Below are positions 63,518-64,000 of a DNA stretch of 64,000 nucleotides, piece by piece. Below the pieces are notes generated by a model, which was not told the origin of the DNA, did not search any database, and saw nothing but the letters and a program-made list of their open reading frames with translations. The translations under genes were made by a program, and so were the position numbers. How positions within the stretch are numbered: the first letter of the stretch is position 1; each line of letters opens with the position of its first letter. The stretch covers positions 123,380,001 through 123,444,000 of the forward strand of contig OZ024742.1 in NCBI GenBank assembly GCA_964016885.1, in the 5' to 3' direction. Source of the DNA: Eledone cirrhosa. Its lineage: Eukaryota.

Positions 63518-64000
<483 letters not shown>

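Overview
AT-rich eukaryotic (animal) non-coding DNA crowded with (TA)n/(GT)n/(ATG)n microsatellites and transposon debris. The SINE and RTE families look like those of octopus (cephalopod) genomes; this is my recognition, not a database check. No host protein-coding gene can be identified, only weak candidate exons. Clear components: two large 5'-truncated RTE LINEs (12068-14886 minus; 61572-63479 plus, with an open 526-aa RT + PHD-like finger frame) and many shorter RTE 3' ends; a Penelope-like element (RT + C-terminal GIY-YIG, inverted ~400-bp pseudo-LTRs with hammerhead ribozymes); a CR1 3' end; two Tc1/mariner remnants; TTAA-type MITEs; several tRNA-derived SINE families. Most notable signals: (1) about ten type I minimal hammerhead motifs from several different families, some in mini-elements with a shared 'inverted 5' copy' architecture; (2) a ~370-bp inverted duplication of apparently unique DNA centred on a (TA)n tract that holds an RTE, within a general pattern of (TA)n-bounded cassettes; (3) modular, tandemly amplified RTE 3'UTRs shared with SINEs; (4) a tandem tRNA-like minisatellite. 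All alignments and folds were made by eye, and boundaries of old repeats are approximate.
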